Shown: positions 32,362 to 42,572 of the stretch, piece after piece
Layout of the letters: the number at the start of each line of letters is the position of its first letter
Position numbering within the stretch: the stretch's first letter is position 1
DNA from: an uncultured bacterium
GTDB lineage: Bacteria > Planctomycetota > UBA1135 > GCA-002686595
Direction of reading: 5' to 3'
NCBI GenBank assembly: GCA_943787795.1
Contig: CALSNU010000004.1
Location: forward strand, 640,001 to 704,000
DNA: 64,000 bases
Position numbers and translations under genes: made by a program
The notes under the pieces: generated by a model
What the model saw: only the letters and a program-made list of their open reading frames with translations
Databases searched by the model: none
Told to the model about the DNA's origin: nothing

Positions 32362-34830
32362 TCAGCTGCCCGAGACCGTCCGGCGCCAGACCCGACCGGC
32401 GATCGGGCCGACCATCATTCGAGCGGCGCCTTGCCCGTCGCCCTCCCCCTCTGGCTCAGGCTCCTCACCAAAGACCGGGGACCACTGATCGTCGCCCTCG
32501 GGAGGCACGAAGCTCGAGACCCCATTGCCGGCGTTGAGCGCCACCATGAGGACCTCGTCCCCGAGGATCCTCAGGAAGACCCAGAGGTCCTGAGCATCAT
32601 CCGCCACGTGCGTCTCGAAGGCGCCGACACGCAGCGCCTCGTGCTCCCGGCGGAGGGCGATCGCCCCGCGATAGAACGCGTGGTGATCCTCCATGATGAA
32701 GTTCTGATCGGCGTTCTCGTAGGGCCCGAGGTCCGCCCAGAGCATCGGCTTGCGGTTGGTGGGGTCATCCGCACCCCACATGCCGACCTCGTCCCCGTAG
32801 TAGATCATCGGGGCGCCGACGTAGGTCATCTGCGCCAGGGCCACCAGCCTCTGACGCTTGAAGTGCAGCTCGTCGGGCCGACCGCTGTTGTAGTCGTCAC
32901 GCCGCTGCACCTGGTTGCTCCGGTCATAGGGCCGGTCGCGGTTGAGGAGCATCGAGGCGATCCTGTCCGTGTCGTGGCTCCCGACGAGGTTCATCAGGGC
33001 GTAGGTCGCCTCATCCGGGTAGGCGAGGCGCAGCTCTGCGAGGCGCGCGTCCAGCGCCGAGGCCGAGACCTTGCGCTCGACGTTGCCCACCCAAGCCACC
33101 ACCGGGTCCGCGAAGCGGTAGTTCATGACCGCGTCGAAGTGCTTGCCGCCCAGCCACTCGTCAGCCCGGTGCCAGATCTCGCCGGAGATGAAGGCGTCCG
33201 GGTTGATGGACTTCACGAGCGTGCGCCACTCCTCCCAAAAGTCCGCCGGGAGCTCCATCGGGACGTCGAGGCGCCAGCCGTCGATGCCGTCGGACGGATC
33301 GCCGTCTCCGTTCGGGTCCATCCACCGACGCGTCACGGCGAACAGGTGCTCCTTGACCGCCTCCGAGGCGAGCCCGCCCCCTTCCTTGGCGAAGACGGGA
33401 AGGTCCCCGAAGCCGGCCCAGCCGACGTACTCGAAGGGCTCCCAGGAGCGGACCTGGAACCAGTCCGCGAAGCGTGAGCTCTCGCGGTTCTCCTGGACAT
33501 CCAGGAATGCGGGGTGGGCGACGCCCACGTGGTTGAAGACGGCATCGAGCACGACCCGAAGGCCTCGCCCCTTGCACGTCGCGAGGAAGTCGAGGAACAG
33601 GCGGTCCGACGGCGTCCAGATCCAGGAGGACGGGTCCAACATGTCCTCGCCGGCGGTGGCCTCCTGGTAGTCCTCCCCCGCGCCGAGTCCCGTATCCACG
33701 TGACGGAAGTCCGTCGCGTTGTACTTGTGCGGCCCCGCGGCCTGGAAGATCGGGTTCAGGTAGATCGCGGTGACGCCGAGCTCGACCAGGTGGTCGAGCT
33801 GCTCCTCGATCCCGGCGAGATCGCCCCCGTACATGCGCTGGTAGACGTAGTACTCCCAGAAGGTCTGGCCATCCTCCCCCTCCCACTCCGCGGGCTCCGT
33901 CCACTCGCTGGTCCAGCCGCGCACGGGCTCTGGATCATTCGAGACGTCGCCGTTACGGAAGCGCTCAGGGAAGATCTGGTACCAGATCGCGTGCTTGGCC
34001 CAGTCAGGCGTCTCCAGCGTCGAGTAGGCCGCGGGGTCGTAAGCGTGGACCCGCGGGTCTGCCACGCACAGGGACTCCGTCTCCAGCCCGAAGGTGTAGC
34101 GGGCGGGCTGGTCCGCTCCATCGAGGTCGACCTGCCAGAACTGGAAGGGCTCGGGGGAAGGCACGCGCTCCATCGGATGCGTCGCGCCTCCCTCGTGGAG
34201 CAGCAGGACCCCCGCGACATCGCCCTCAAGGGTGCGGTAGCGGATGCGCCAGCGCCCGCCGGGGACGCGGTGCAGGTACAGGGGCTCCTCGGGATCATGG
34301 GCGAGCCCTTCGGTCCGGATGCCTCCCACCGAGGGGCCGAGGTCAAGTCCATCCGGCTGCCCCAGGGACCCGAGCCTGAGGATCGAGTTGCAGGACTCGA
34401 AGCCGTCGTCCTCGGCGTCGGAGTTGGTCGGGTCCGGGACCCACTCCCTCCCGTCGAGGCAGAACTTGTAGCGATAGGCACCACTCCGGAGGCTGACCTC
34501 GGCGCGCCAGCGCCCGTCGGCGGCACGCTCCATCGGGGAGGCCTCGAGGTTCCAGCCGTTGAAGTCGCCCGCGAGGGAGACCCTCTCCGCGTCACGATCA
34601 GAGGCGAGCGTGAAGACCACCCGCCAGCGACCGGCGCCTGGCTCCTCGTCGACCTCGACCGACTCGGGGAGGCGGCCGGCCTGTCCGAGACCGATGTCAA
34701 TCTGCTCGAGACCGGGCCACGATTCGACCCCGGCGGCGTGCGCCTCGCGGGTCACGCCCGACTCACCCTCGAAGCGCAGGAGGAGCACCGCGAGGAGCAG
34801 GACGCAGAGAATGAGAGGAAGCAGAAGCAA
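32362..34830 (-). CDS. GH13 neopullulanase/cyclomaltodextrinase-like enzyme with CBM48/AMPK-type domain and hydrophobic N-terminus (start uncertain)
   Basis: WYQIFPERF, GGDLAG, LDAVFNH, DGWRLDV, GEIW, GSHD, YYGDEVGM. Confidence 0.88.
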   Translation of the reverse strand: MLLLPLILCVLLLAVLLLRFEGESGVTREAHAAGVESWPGLEQIDIGLGQAGRLPESVEVDEEPGAGRWRVVFTLASDRDAERVSLAGDFNGWNLEASPMERAADGRWRAEVSLRSGAYRYKFCLDGREWVPDPTNSDAEDDGFESCNSILRLGSLGQPDGLDLGPSVGGIRTEGLAHDPEEPLYLHRVPGGRWRIRYRTLEGDVAGVLLLHEGGATHPMERVPSPEPFQFWQVDLDGADQPARYTFGLETESLCVADPRVHAYDPAAYSTLETPDWAKHAIWYQIFPERFRNGDVSNDPEPVRGWTSEWTEPAEWEGEDGQTFWEYYVYQRMYGGDLAGIEEQLDHLVELGVTAIYLNPIFQAAGPHKYNATDFRHVDTGLGAGEDYQEATAGEDMLDPSSWIWTPSDRLFLDFLATCKGRGLRVVLDAVFNHVGVAHPAFLDVQENRESSRFADWFQVRSWEPFEYVGWAGFGDLPVFAKEGGGLASEAVKEHLFAVTRRWMDPNGDGDPSDGIDGWRLDVPMELPADFWEEWRTLVKSINPDAFISGEIWHRADEWLGGKHFDAVMNYRFADPVVAWVGNVERKVSASALDARLAELRLAYPDEATYALMNLVGSHDTDRIASMLLNRDRPYDRSNQVQRRDDYNSGRPDELHFKRQRLVALAQMTYVGAPMIYYGDEVGMWGADDPTNRKPMLWADLGPYENADQNFIMEDHHAFYRGAIALRREHEALRVGAFETHVADDAQDLWVFLRILGDEVLMVALNAGNGVSSFVPPEGDDQWSPVFGEEPEPEGEGDGQGAARMMVGPIAGRVWRRTVSGS

Positions 34831-35145
34831 CGGCAGCGGGCAGTCGGGGAGGAGGGGACGCGACTTGAGGTGGTCAGAACCTGCCCGGGGGGATGCCGAG
34901 ATGGAGAGTGACCTCCTCGAACCATCGGCTGGAATGGCCCATCAGCGGCACTCTGGGCCCCAAGAACTTCTTTTCTCTGCTCCAGAGCCGCTCCTCCCCC
35001 CTCCTCGCCCTTCGTGCTGGGGCCGGATCCCGCGAACCCTCTTGTTCCCTTCCCAGGGCCGGATCCATGGGTCCGGGGCCCGCGAACCGACCTCCGTGAA
35101 AGGAGAACTCGCGGAGAGCCCTGGGGGGCGACCAGACCCTGACAG

Positions 35146-35560
35146 CGTGAGGAGCCACGCGCTTCGCGGGGTGTGGCAATGGAGCGCAGGCCTGTCGGTC
35201 TTCCTTGGCCTCCTGGCCTCTCAGGCAGCCTCGTGGACCGGGGACGCCCGCGCCGCCCTCCTCCCCGGCGCGCCGGCGGCGGCGCTCGCCGTTCTGTTCC
35301 TCGCGGGCCGACGCCCACAGCTTCGGCGAGGCGCCATGGTCCTCGCGACCTCGGCGGCAGGGTTCCTCTCGCTCGCGACGATCCCGAGCCTCGGGTCGAT
35401 CTCACTCCTTGGGACCTCGAAGGGCCCGGCCATCGCCTTCCAGCTCGCCTGCCTGGGGGCCTCGGCGGCGTTCCTGGCTCGATCGGCGCCCGCGTGGAGA
35501 ACGGTCAACACCGACGGCGACCGGGCTGATCGGCTCCTGCGCATGTACGACGAGCTCTGA
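35146..35560 (+). CDS. Small hypothetical membrane protein (start uncertain)
   Basis: Four hydrophobic segments in the 3' part of ORF 34559..35560; no recognised family. Confidence 0.4.
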
Positions 35561-35571
35561 GCGACCGCCGG

Positions 35572-35648
35572 GACCCCCAGATGCGCCCAAGGGACCCAGA
35601 TGCGCCCAAGGGCCCAGATGCACCCAAGGACCCAGATGAGCCCAAGGA
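35572..35648. repeat. ~18-bp imperfect tandem repeat CCCAGATG(C/A)(G/A)CCCAAGG x4
   Basis: Directly visible just after the 35560 stop. Confidence 0.75.
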
Positions 35649-35849
35649 CGCGCCGCCGCCCGCCGCGTGGGGCCCCGGAAGCACCCCCAGCCACGGCACC
35701 CCCAGCCACTGGTCGAGCCCCTGCCCAGGCTGCCGAGCCGTTTCTTCGAGGGAGGCCTGTTTCCCACGGATGGGGCAGAAGCTGAGTGGCTAGGACGTCC
35801 GAAATGAGAGGAGGGCCGATGGCCCGGAGAAACCCCCTTGGCTGACTTC

Positions 35850-36479
35850 ATGTCCAGATCCGTGGTCCGTCCGACGGTCCACGCCCCCGATGCGCCCCGT
35901 CACGTGGTCGACGTGATGGAGGCGTGGCTCGAGCGCACCGCGTCGCACGGACAGGCGTTCGTGGACGGCGACGAGTTCCGGCTCGGCTTCATCTGGTTTC
36001 GGATAGCGGAGGACCACAAGGGGCTCCGGGTCACCTCACCGCGCGTCGGCGACCCAGCGCTGATCTACGTCGACGACTGCTCGGAGGCCCTCCGGCTCGT
36101 CGCCATGCAGCGCAAGATGCTCGAGCGCTTCGAGCTCGAGGCGGAGCTCTGCAACTGCAAACAGACGGCACTCGTCGTCCGCGATCTAGACCACTGTCAG
36201 ACCACGTTCATTGACCGCCTCGCCAGCGAGGTCGGTGATCGCTCGGGATGGTACGTGGGCGCTCACGATTCGAAGCTCGACGTGACCGCGCCTGAGAACT
36301 TGAAGCTAGTGAGCCTGTGGACCCTCATGAGCAGGCGCCCGGAGATCGTGCCCTACCTGCTGTTCCCCGCCGGTTGGCAGGTGTCCTTTGCGGGCAGTTC
36401 CGTCGTGATGCGGGGCCGTGAGGTGGTCAAGCCCCTCGCGAGCACCGAGGGAGCCAAGACGCTCCCCCGCAGCGCATGA
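35850..36479 (+). CDS. Hypothetical protein, Imm33-like immunity-domain resemblance
   Basis: SGWYVG...VSLWTLMSRRPEIVPYLLFPAGW pattern recalls Imm33-type proteins (unverified). Confidence 0.5.
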   Translation: MSRSVVRPTVHAPDAPRHVVDVMEAWLERTASHGQAFVDGDEFRLGFIWFRIAEDHKGLRVTSPRVGDPALIYVDDCSEALRLVAMQRKMLERFELEAELCNCKQTALVVRDLDHCQTTFIDRLASEVGDRSGWYVGAHDSKLDVTAPENLKLVSLWTLMSRRPEIVPYLLFPAGWQVSFAGSSVVMRGREVVKPLASTEGAKTLPRSA

Positions 36480-36527
36480 AGAGGACCGATCGGCCTCTTC
36501 TGTGGTCAGCTCGGGTCCGGCCGCCCC

Positions 36528-37181
36528 TCACTCCTCGGTGAGCCTCCACAAGACCCAGGCGGCCACCGAGCGCAGGGGCGCCCAGCGCTCGCCCCGCGTC
36601 TGTAGTTCACGCGGTCCAGGACGTTCTTCGAGGCCATCAAGCCGCCTCATCCCCTCCTGAAGCCCGAGGTCGCCCGGCGCCAGAACGTCGAGGCGTCCGA
36701 GGCGGAACATGAGGAACATCTGGGCGGTCCACGGCCCGATCCCGCGCACCTCCACCAGGCGCTCGATCACCCCTTCATCGGGCAGCCGCGAGATCGCGGT
36801 CAGCGGCAGCAACCGCGTGAGGACTCGGTCGCTCAGGTCACGGAGCGACGCCAGCTTCGCTGCGGAGAGCCCTGCCCCCCGCAGCCGCGCGTCTGAGATC
36901 GCCGCGACTTCCTCAGGCCGTGGGAACCGCCTCCCGGGGGTCAGATTCCTGACGCGATCATGGATCGTCTTGGCGGCAGCTCCCGCGAGCTGCTGATAGA
37001 TGATCGAGCGTGCGAGCGCATGAAAGTGAGAGCCGGCCTGACCCGGAACCGGAAAGCCGGGGAAGGCAGCGACCCTCCTCCGAGCCCTCGCCAGCGCGGG
37101 ATCCCTCCGGTCGAGGGCCCGGAGTGCAGCGGCCGAGGGGACCCCGCTCGGCGACGGTGCCGGCTGAACTGGATGGCGCAT
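36528..37181 (-). CDS. alkA: DNA-3-methyladenine glycosylase II (HhH-GPD)
   Basis: LARSIIYQQLA, GLSAAK, VRGIGPWTAQMFL, DLGL, WAPLRSVAAW. Confidence 0.9.
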   Translation of the reverse strand: MRHPVQPAPSPSGVPSAAALRALDRRDPALARARRRVAAFPGFPVPGQAGSHFHALARSIIYQQLAGAAAKTIHDRVRNLTPGRRFPRPEEVAAISDARLRGAGLSAAKLASLRDLSDRVLTRLLPLTAISRLPDEGVIERLVEVRGIGPWTAQMFLMFRLGRLDVLAPGDLGLQEGMRRLDGLEERPGPRELQTRGERWAPLRSVAAWVLWRLTEE

Positions 37182-37360
37182 CGTCCCATTCTGCCGACAG
37201 CGAATGACCTGATTGGAGATCTTGCGAGATCGGCCTTAGTGGAGCCTCAAGACCTCCTCCTCGCCGGTTCGACCAGTCCATAACCGACTTCCAAGCGGTG
37301 TCCTGCCCGAGCCTTCTCGGCACGTCATGGCACACCCCGGATCGGCGAGGAGATCGAGCG

Positions 37361-38002
37361 ATGCGCGCCAAAGTACGAACCACAAGGGGCCTCGCAGCCC
37401 TCACCGCAGCCGCCCTGGCCGCTGCCTTTGGCACCGGGTGTGCCGGGCTGGGAGCCAGCAGCGACGCCGTGAAGAGCGTGCACCTGGTGAACCAGATGAA
37501 CCGCATCAACGTGGAGGCCGACCGCTCCGAGGAGAAGGTCGAGCAGATGCTCGCCAGGCTCCAGCCCGCGCTGATCCGTCAGGGACACAGCGACGCGGCG
37601 CAGGCACGTGAGCTCCTGGGCGCTGCCACCGAGGCGTGTCAGCAACAGGCCCGACAGCTGGAGCGTCACCTGCCGGGCCTGGACCAGGAGGGCTCCTCGT
37701 TCTTCGAACAGCGCCGGCTGGCGCTCGGAGGCATCGAGGACCCCGACCTGCGTCGCGCAGCTGCGGCTGAGCTGGAGGTCGACCTCGAGCGGTTCCTCGA
37801 GTACCAGGCCTCCGCGGTGGCCGCCCTCGACGCCTACGACGAACTGAACCTCGAGCTGGGTGAGATCCTCGCGGCGCTACCTGAGCAGCCGCAACCTGAC
37901 GCCCTGACCGACGACGCCGTCGACCTGCGCAACCAGGCCTGGTCCCTGCGCATGATCCTCGAGGACTGCAAGCGCGCCGCAGGGGCGTTCGATGTTCGGT
38001 AG
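37361..38002 (+). CDS. Helical lipoprotein, hypothetical
   Basis: Lipobox-like FGTGC after a hydrophobic leader; coiled-coil composition. Confidence 0.65.
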   Translation: MRAKVRTTRGLAALTAAALAAAFGTGCAGLGASSDAVKSVHLVNQMNRINVEADRSEEKVEQMLARLQPALIRQGHSDAAQARELLGAATEACQQQARQLERHLPGLDQEGSSFFEQRRLALGGIEDPDLRRAAAAELEVDLERFLEYQASAVAALDAYDELNLELGEILAALPEQPQPDALTDDAVDLRNQAWSLRMILEDCKRAAGAFDVR

Positions 38003-38287
38003 CCCGTCCCTCCAGGTCTTCAGAGCTGCGGAACACCGTGCTCGGTTCACCGGTCCGGCCATCTCTTCTTCGCTCCCTCGGTCACCTCGAAGCGACCGGA
38101 CCAACCGACTGGCCCAACTGCACGTCGGTTTCTCGAGACGCGCGCCTGGACCGTCATCGCGGTAGCCCGTTGGCGCTTCGCCCTTCATTCGGACGAGCGG
38201 GGCGCCTCACGACCACACCCCGGCGGCAACTGGCGCCTTCGCCCATCCTTCCCAGCTAGAGGGTCCGTTTCAGGCCCCCATCCAAAC

Positions 38288-39111
38288 ATGCTCCGTTCCC
38301 TGCTCACCTGGTTCACCGTCGTCGCGATCGCCCTCGCGGTACCCCTCTTCCTTGGCCCCAACGCCAGCGCCAAGTCTGTGGCGCCCTGGGTCCTGGTCTC
38401 GGACGATGACGATAGCGGCGGTTCCGGGAAGTCCGGCAAGTCCGGCAAGTCAGGCAAGTCCAGGCAAGTCCGGGCAAGTCCGGCAAGTCAGGCAAGTCAG
38501 GCAAGTCAGGCAAGTCAGGTAAGTCCGGCAAGTCAGGGAAGTCGGGGAAGTCCGGCAAGTCAGGGAAGTCGGGCAAGTCCGGCAAGTCGGACGACGACGA
38601 CAGCGGCGGGTGCGGCGCCCACTGCGACCCGACAACGCCCTTCTGCTTCGCCGACTCGAGCGACTGCCCGTGCGGTAACGACGACCCGAACGGCGGCTGC
38701 ATCAACGGCTCGGGGCAGGGCGCGTTCATCACGGGCGCCGGCAGCACGAGCGTCGCCGAAGACGACCTGGTTCTCACCGCCTTCAGCCTCCCGCCCGGGA
38801 CCTTCGGTCAGTTCCTCATGGCGAGGAGCACCACGCGGCTGCCCCTGTCCAACAGTGGAGGCCTGCTGTGCGTCGCGCCTCCGGCAGGGGAGAAGATCTT
38901 CCGCATGATGCCCGGCGCTGTCAGCAGCATGGGCACGTTCGACGAGGGGCCCGGGATCGTCGCCTTCTCGAAGGCCTTCAACATGCCCCCGATCGGTCAG
39001 ATCGCCGCAGGCGAGACGTGGTACTTCCAGTTCTGGTTCCGCGATCTCGGGGGGCCGTGCCAGGAGCTGTCCGGGTCCTCGAGCGCCGTCGGGGTCACGT
39101 TCACCCCCTGA
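38288..39111 (+). CDS. Secreted protein with (SGK)18 tract, Cys-rich linker and shared C-terminal domain; frameshifted inside the repeat
   Basis: Signal peptide nearly identical to that of 39832. Two of the 9-bp SGK units have one extra base (~38460-38475). The downstream frame gives CDPTTPFC...CPCGNDD...TWYFQFWFRD...VTFTP. Confidence 0.75.
38423..38586 (+). repeat. 9-bp coding tandem repeat TCNGGNAAG (Ser-Gly-Lys) x18
   Basis: Counted directly; two units are 10 bp. Confidence 0.9.
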
Positions 39112-39831
39112 GGGAAGCCTGAGGGGAACACAGACAAGGGCGGGCCCATCCGGGCCTCGCGCTCACGGGCCGTTTGCTTCCAGGATGAAGCGGACGGCCC
39201 GACGCCGTGGGTGCGTGCCTCGGCGCGGGCCGCGATCACCGGTCCACCCAAGCGCCGCCGACCGCCGGGGCTCCCAACCGACCACCCGCGAGAGCGCTGG
39301 AGGCCTCCGCTTCGCGGACGCCCGTCCCCCCAGCCTCGACCCAAAGCTGGCGCACCGCTGGCATCGTCTTCATTCGGGCTGAGCCGATCCTGATCGCGCC
39401 AGCGGAACCGTCGCGACCTGGGCTCTCACCGCCCAGGCCTGTCAGCTCCCACTTTGTTGACCAACCTGCGCACGAGTCCGCTTCAACGCCGCCGCGGAGG
39501 TCGCCGCCCAGGTCACGCGAGGTCGAGGAAGCCGCGTCGTGGCGGGCCGGCAACGGCCGAGATTTGAGAGTTAGGGCATGTAGCTATGCCGCACAGCGAG
39601 TTCCCCAGTAGACCTGAGCTCGGTCCACAGCGAGGGGGATTCCAAGACTGAGAAGGCTCCCGAGATCGTGGACCGGCGCGGATGAACCAGACGCCCATTC
39701 GACGCCGAGTGAGCGGAGAGCAGGTAACCTCAGATGGGCAGTCCTATCGCTCGCGCTCGCCACTGCGACTCGCTTGGGACCACGACTCCTCCATCTTCAT
39801 TCCCTGGAAGCCTCTCCGGCCTCGATCTCCA

Positions 39832-40641
39832 ATGATCCGTTCAATCCTCACCTGGCTGACCGTCCTCACGGTTGCGCTCTCCGTCCCGCTCTTCCTCGGT
39901 CCCGATGCCAGCGCCACCCCGGTGGCGCCGTGGATGCTCGTCTCCGACGACGACGACAGCGGTGGTTCCGGTAGCTCCGGCAAGTCCGGCGGCAGCGGCG
40001 CCTCTGACGACGATGACAGCGGCGGCTCCGGTAGCTCCGGCAAGTCCGGCGGCAGCGGCGCCTCTGACGACGACGACAGCGGCGGTTCCGGTAGCTCTGG
40101 CAAGTCCGGCGGCTCCGGTGGCTCCGACGACGATGACAGTGGAGGCTGCGGTGGCCACTGTGACCCCACGACCCCCTACTGCTTGGCCGACCAAAACGAC
40201 TGCCCCTGCGGCAACGACGACCCCGCCGCCGGTTGCATCAACGGCTCCGGACAGGGCGCGATCATCACTGGAGAGGGCAGCGCCAGCGTGACCGCCGACG
40301 ACCTCCAGCTGACGGCGAGCGGGCTCCCCGCGAACACCACGGTTCTCTTCCTCGCGGCGGATGCCGCCCGGCGCGCCCCGTTCCTCGACGGACTCCTCTG
40401 CGTCGGCGGCCCGACCTCGAAGATCTATCGTCTTCCGCCCGCACTCAACTCCGGATCGAGTGGCGCGGCGACATTCGGCCCGGGGCTCATCGCCCTCTCG
40501 AACACCCCCGCCGTTCCCATCGTCGGCGGGATCGTCCCCGGCGACACCTGGTACTTCCAGACCTTCTTCCGCGACATGGGCGGCAGCTGCGGCACCGGCG
40601 GCAATGTCTCGAGCGCCGTGTCGATCACCTTCACCCCCTGA
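39832..40641 (+). CDS. Secreted paralog with (SDDDDSGGSGSSGKSGGSG[A/G])x3 tract and shared C-terminal domain
   Basis: 60-bp coding repeats at ~39943-40140; CPCGNDD, GLLCVGG, TWYFQTFFRD, VSITFTP. Confidence 0.85.
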   Translation: MIRSILTWLTVLTVALSVPLFLGPDASATPVAPWMLVSDDDDSGGSGSSGKSGGSGASDDDDSGGSGSSGKSGGSGASDDDDSGGSGSSGKSGGSGGSDDDDSGGCGGHCDPTTPYCLADQNDCPCGNDDPAAGCINGSGQGAIITGEGSASVTADDLQLTASGLPANTTVLFLAADAARRAPFLDGLLCVGGPTSKIYRLPPALNSGSSGAATFGPGLIALSNTPAVPIVGGIVPGDTWYFQTFFRDMGGSCGTGGNVSSAVSITFTP

Positions 40642-40682
40642 GGTAGAGGCACGAGAGGTCAACCGGACTCGATCCGGACCAC

Positions 40683-40715
40683 GGGCCGCCGCTCCTCCTC
40701 GAGGGGCGGCGGCCC
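40683..40715. terminator. Hairpin between convergent genes
   Basis: GGGCCGCCGC...GCGGCGGCCC stem. Confidence 0.55.
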
Positions 40716-40779
40716 CCGCCATATGGGCCCGTCCCGTCTGTGCCCGCCACCCTGCGAGGCCGCGCAGGCGCCCCGCGGC

Positions 40780-42285
40780 TCACTCCGTCGGGAGCGGCGT
40801 GGTGAGATGCGTGATCCAGTCGTTGTGAGCCATGTACAGCATGTCGACCTCCGCGAGATCAGCGTTTGGATCGATCATCACCTGGGACTTGCGGCCGTTG
40901 AGCCGCACCCTTGAGCGGGCGAAGACCTCAGGCCGCGGCCAGCCCTCAGCCTCCGCCTCGCTCGCCAGGAAGCGAGCGTATTGACGGATCATGTAGGGCC
41001 GCGTCGACATCTTGCGCAGCTGCCAGTCCTCGAGCCGGTCGCCCGGTTTGACCGCTCGAACGGCCCCGTCCTCGGGGTTCCGCACGATGTAGGTCAGCTG
41101 CCCGTCCTTGCCCCGGAGCTTCATGTGCCAGGAGAAGCGGTGGCCCTCCTCCGTCCAGTGCACCACGCCTGGGATGAGGTAGTGCCGCAGGGGAATGAGC
41201 GTCTGTGATCCCATCCAGAGGACGACACAGAGCGTGATCAGTCGCGTCCCGCGCGCGCGCGTCACGCCCTCGGGCGCGGGCCCGCCGGGGTCCCGCTCGT
41301 CGTGCATCGCCGGGAACAGGCTCCATGCGATGACCATGCCTGCGAGCGCCCCGACGCTGGACGGGACGAAGGTCCAGTCCCCCCTGAAGGCCGCGGCCAT
41401 CACGGCGCCCAGGGCGGCGCCAAGGAAGGCAGCGATGCTCCGGCCCGAGAGCTTCCGCAGGTCTCCCACGAGCCGCCGGGGCCAGTCAGGCGGGAAGAAG
41501 ATCGTCGTGGCCGCCATCATCGTCCAGGGGAAGATCCCGATGTTGAAGAGGCGAGTGTTCGTGAAGTGGAAGGTCACCAGGACCACGAACATCGCCAGCC
41601 GAGTCCTGCGCCAGAGCAGGAGCGGGACGGCCAGCAGGTCGATGAGGAGCCCGGAGTAGCTAAAGAAGTAGGCGGTGAAGGGGTGATGAAACGTCTGCCC
41701 GATGATCGGGAAGTCATCCCGAGAAGCGAGCCAGTAGCGCATCGGCGAACCGTGCAGCCAGTCGCTGTTCAGCTTCGCGAGCCCGCCGAAGAAGTACGGG
41801 ACGCCCACCTGGAAGCGCATCAGCCAGAGCGCCCAGGCCGGCACCGTCTTGCTGCGGAGCGAGGGCTCGAACCGCGCGTCCACGGAGAGGCTCCGGTGGG
41901 CGGGGACGATCGCCATCAAGAACGTGAGGAGGCAGACCAGGTAGAAGTGATTCAGGTACCGCGCCTCCTCGAGGAGGAAGACGTAGGTGAACGCCAGGCA
42001 CAGCAGCGCCGCGCTCAGCCGGTACATCAGCCCGATCATGACGCAGAACGCCATCGCCCCCAGGAAGATGAAGTGGTAGTACATCCCAAACCCTGGCCAG
42101 GGCTTGACCCACTCGAAGAGCGGGTAAGGGAAGTTGTAAGTCGGCTCCACGAAGTAGCGCTGGACCCACCCGTACCCGTAGTAGCGGGTCACCTCCCACA
42201 CCATGATCGCGCCGAAGGCGATGCGGAAGAACACCAGGCTGCTGATGTCCACGCGCCGGTGGAGGCCGCGGTGGACGCGGCTCAT
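40780..42285 (-). CDS. HTTM-domain protein, vitamin K-dependent gamma-carboxylase-like
   Basis: FRIAFG, YLNHFYL, YFFGGLAKLNSDWLHG, FNIGIFPW, WTEEGHRFSWHMKLR. Confidence 0.9.
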   Translation of the reverse strand: MSRVHRGLHRRVDISSLVFFRIAFGAIMVWEVTRYYGYGWVQRYFVEPTYNFPYPLFEWVKPWPGFGMYYHFIFLGAMAFCVMIGLMYRLSAALLCLAFTYVFLLEEARYLNHFYLVCLLTFLMAIVPAHRSLSVDARFEPSLRSKTVPAWALWLMRFQVGVPYFFGGLAKLNSDWLHGSPMRYWLASRDDFPIIGQTFHHPFTAYFFSYSGLLIDLLAVPLLLWRRTRLAMFVVLVTFHFTNTRLFNIGIFPWTMMAATTIFFPPDWPRRLVGDLRKLSGRSIAAFLGAALGAVMAAAFRGDWTFVPSSVGALAGMVIAWSLFPAMHDERDPGGPAPEGVTRARGTRLITLCVVLWMGSQTLIPLRHYLIPGVVHWTEEGHRFSWHMKLRGKDGQLTYIVRNPEDGAVRAVKPGDRLEDWQLRKMSTRPYMIRQYARFLASEAEAEGWPRPEVFARSRVRLNGRKSQVMIDPNADLAEVDMLYMAHNDWITHLTTPLPTE

Positions 42286-42572
42286 GAGGCTTTCCTCAGC
42301 TCCAGTGGAGCCTCCGGGGGCGGTCGAACCGGGGTGATCTTGGCCGTCGTTGCTGGGCATGCGGGGACCTCGCCAGGGGCCAGACTTGGATCGGGAGAGT
42401 CCTCGTGGAAGGTAGCACCTGCAGGGTCGCCGAAGAAACGAGCCCGACGAGCCTCTTCCGGCCTCTCCTGGCCGAGGCTTCATCGGCGCACGCAGGCGGG
42501 AGCATTAGTCTTACGGTCGAACCCCGGGTTTGAGCACGCAGGAGTCGCCGCCAATACCGAGAATTATCGGTC

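Noticed and set aside
39112..39831. 720-bp gap between the paralogs as an ncRNA or small gene
   Set aside because: No credible ORF or recognisable RNA motif; only a short palindrome (GGCAT-N6-ATGCC), which is insufficient.
40780..42285. HTTM/gamma-carboxylase-like protein modifying the neighbouring acidic repeat proteins
   Set aside because: The genes are convergent rather than co-transcribed, and the tracts are Asp-rich rather than Glu-rich; adjacency is the only evidence.
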